Source of the DNA: Saprospiraceae bacterium
GTDB lineage: Bacteria; Bacteroidota; Bacteroidia; Chitinophagales; Saprospiraceae
DNA length: 15,954 bases
Assembly (NCBI GenBank): GCA_007121335.1
Contig: SKLY01000201.1
Coordinates: forward strand, 1-15,954
Direction of reading: 5' to 3'
Shown: piece after piece, positions 15,250-15,954 of the stretch
Position numbering within the stretch: the stretch's first letter is position 1
Layout of the letters: each line of letters opens with the position of its first letter
The notes under the pieces: model-generated
Database searches by the model: none
The model's input: the letters and a program-made list of their open reading frames with translations, nothing else
Told to the model about the DNA's origin: nothing
Made by a program: the position numbers and the translations under genes

Positions 15250-15954
15250 TTAAGGCAAGAAAGCCACAACACGAAGCGGCGCACCACTGCCGCCCCTGAT
15301 TGTCCTAGGTAAAGCCATAATCCAGAATCCCTCTGGCGGGAGTTCGTCCAGGTAGGCGAGGTTTTCATAGGCTGTCACGCCCTGGGCAAACAAAATGCGA
15401 TGGGTCATAAAGCCTTTCGATTTCCCGTAATCGATGCCTGAGGTGTCGAGACCAACGGCTTTTATATCTCTGTTTTCAACCAACCAGGTGGCTGCATGGG
15501 GGTGTATGCCCGGAAAGGATAGATTGTCAACACCTTCCTGTCTGCTGAGGTCGGTTCCGGTATACGCCAATTTGTCGGGATAAAACTTCCAAAATCTAGT
15601 GTTGAAAAGTACGATGGCACCATGTGGTATGCGTCCGTGTTCCTCCTCCCATGCCTGCAAATCACCGACCGTTATTTGATAATCTCGATCACTGGCCGCC
15701 TGGGATTTTACATCCACTAAAATTCCCGGCCCGTTTAGTTGGTCTATTCCGATTTGATCTACCGTTTTGCCATTTTCTGCAAAATGAATGGGCGCATCAA
15801 AATGGGTTTCTCCGTGCTCTTCGGCTGCAAAGTGAAAGGAAGAATAGTAATAACCCCCTTCGGTAATTCCGTCAAAAACAGTGTCGTGAGAAAAGGGAAT
15901 ATTGGTAGGCCAATAGATCGACTCCTCGTCAAAAGCCCAGGTCAGATCAATCCA
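15250..15954 (-). CDS. Cyclase-family / kynurenine formamidase-like metal hydrolase (PF04199-type). The C-terminus is present; the N-terminus lies beyond the window.
   Basis: The reverse-complement translation runs into the window edge as WIDLTWAFDEESIYWPTNIPF...HFAAEEHGETHFDAPIHFAENGKTVDQIGIDQLNGPGILVDVKS... It contains the HxGTHxDAPxH cyclase-family metal-binding motif. The track's 155-aa ORF is only the part after an internal Met. Confidence 0.82.
   Translation of the reverse strand, partial: WIDLTWAFDEESIYWPTNIPFSHDTVFDGITEGGYYYSSFHFAAEEHGETHFDAPIHFAENGKTVDQIGIDQLNGPGILVDVKSQAASDRDYQITVGDLQAWEEEHGRIPHGAIVLFNTRFWKFYPDKLAYTGTDLSRQEGVDNLSFPGIHPHAATWLVENRDIKAVGLDTSGIDYGKSKGFMTHRILFAQGVTAYENLAYLDELPPEGFWIMALPRTIRGGSGAPLRVVAFLP

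Noticed and set aside
1-15954. CRISPR arrays, rRNA/tRNA genes, transposase/integrase genes.
   Set aside because: There are no regularly spaced direct repeats, no rRNA/tRNA-like conserved blocks, and no ORF with transposase or recombinase motifs anywhere in the window.

Overview
This is a Bacteroidetes-type chromosomal segment. The evidence is a T9SS C-terminal sorting domain, TAnnTTTG-like promoter motifs, start codons with little or no Shine-Dalgarno sequence, and a long L25/Ctc protein with an acidic tail. Most of the window is housekeeping or core genes. On the minus strand these are clpB (truncated by the window edge), a ~700-aa TonB-dependent receptor, a long FabH-like KAS III, pcm, rplY and prs. 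On the plus strand these are a lipoprotein with a C-terminal CXXCH haem motif, an NfeD-like membrane protein and a flotillin (SPFH) protein forming a two-gene module, an EamA/DMT transporter and an acidic hypothetical protein. A partial cyclase/kynurenine-formamidase-family gene lies at the right edge. The most unusual part is 12.69-15.25 kb. A 308-bp, hairpin-rich segment bounded by 20-bp near-perfect inverted repeats (12689-12996) could be an invertible promoter switch or a MITE. After it come a G8 homopolymer tract and a ~2-kb AT-rich islet, about 30% GC against about 45-58% GC in flanking genes by manual sampling. The islet carries a small signal-anchored protein with 14 Cys in its last 69 residues and a 529-aa T9SS-secreted cargo protein. 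I could not run any searches. All calls rest on reading the translations and the DNA by eye.
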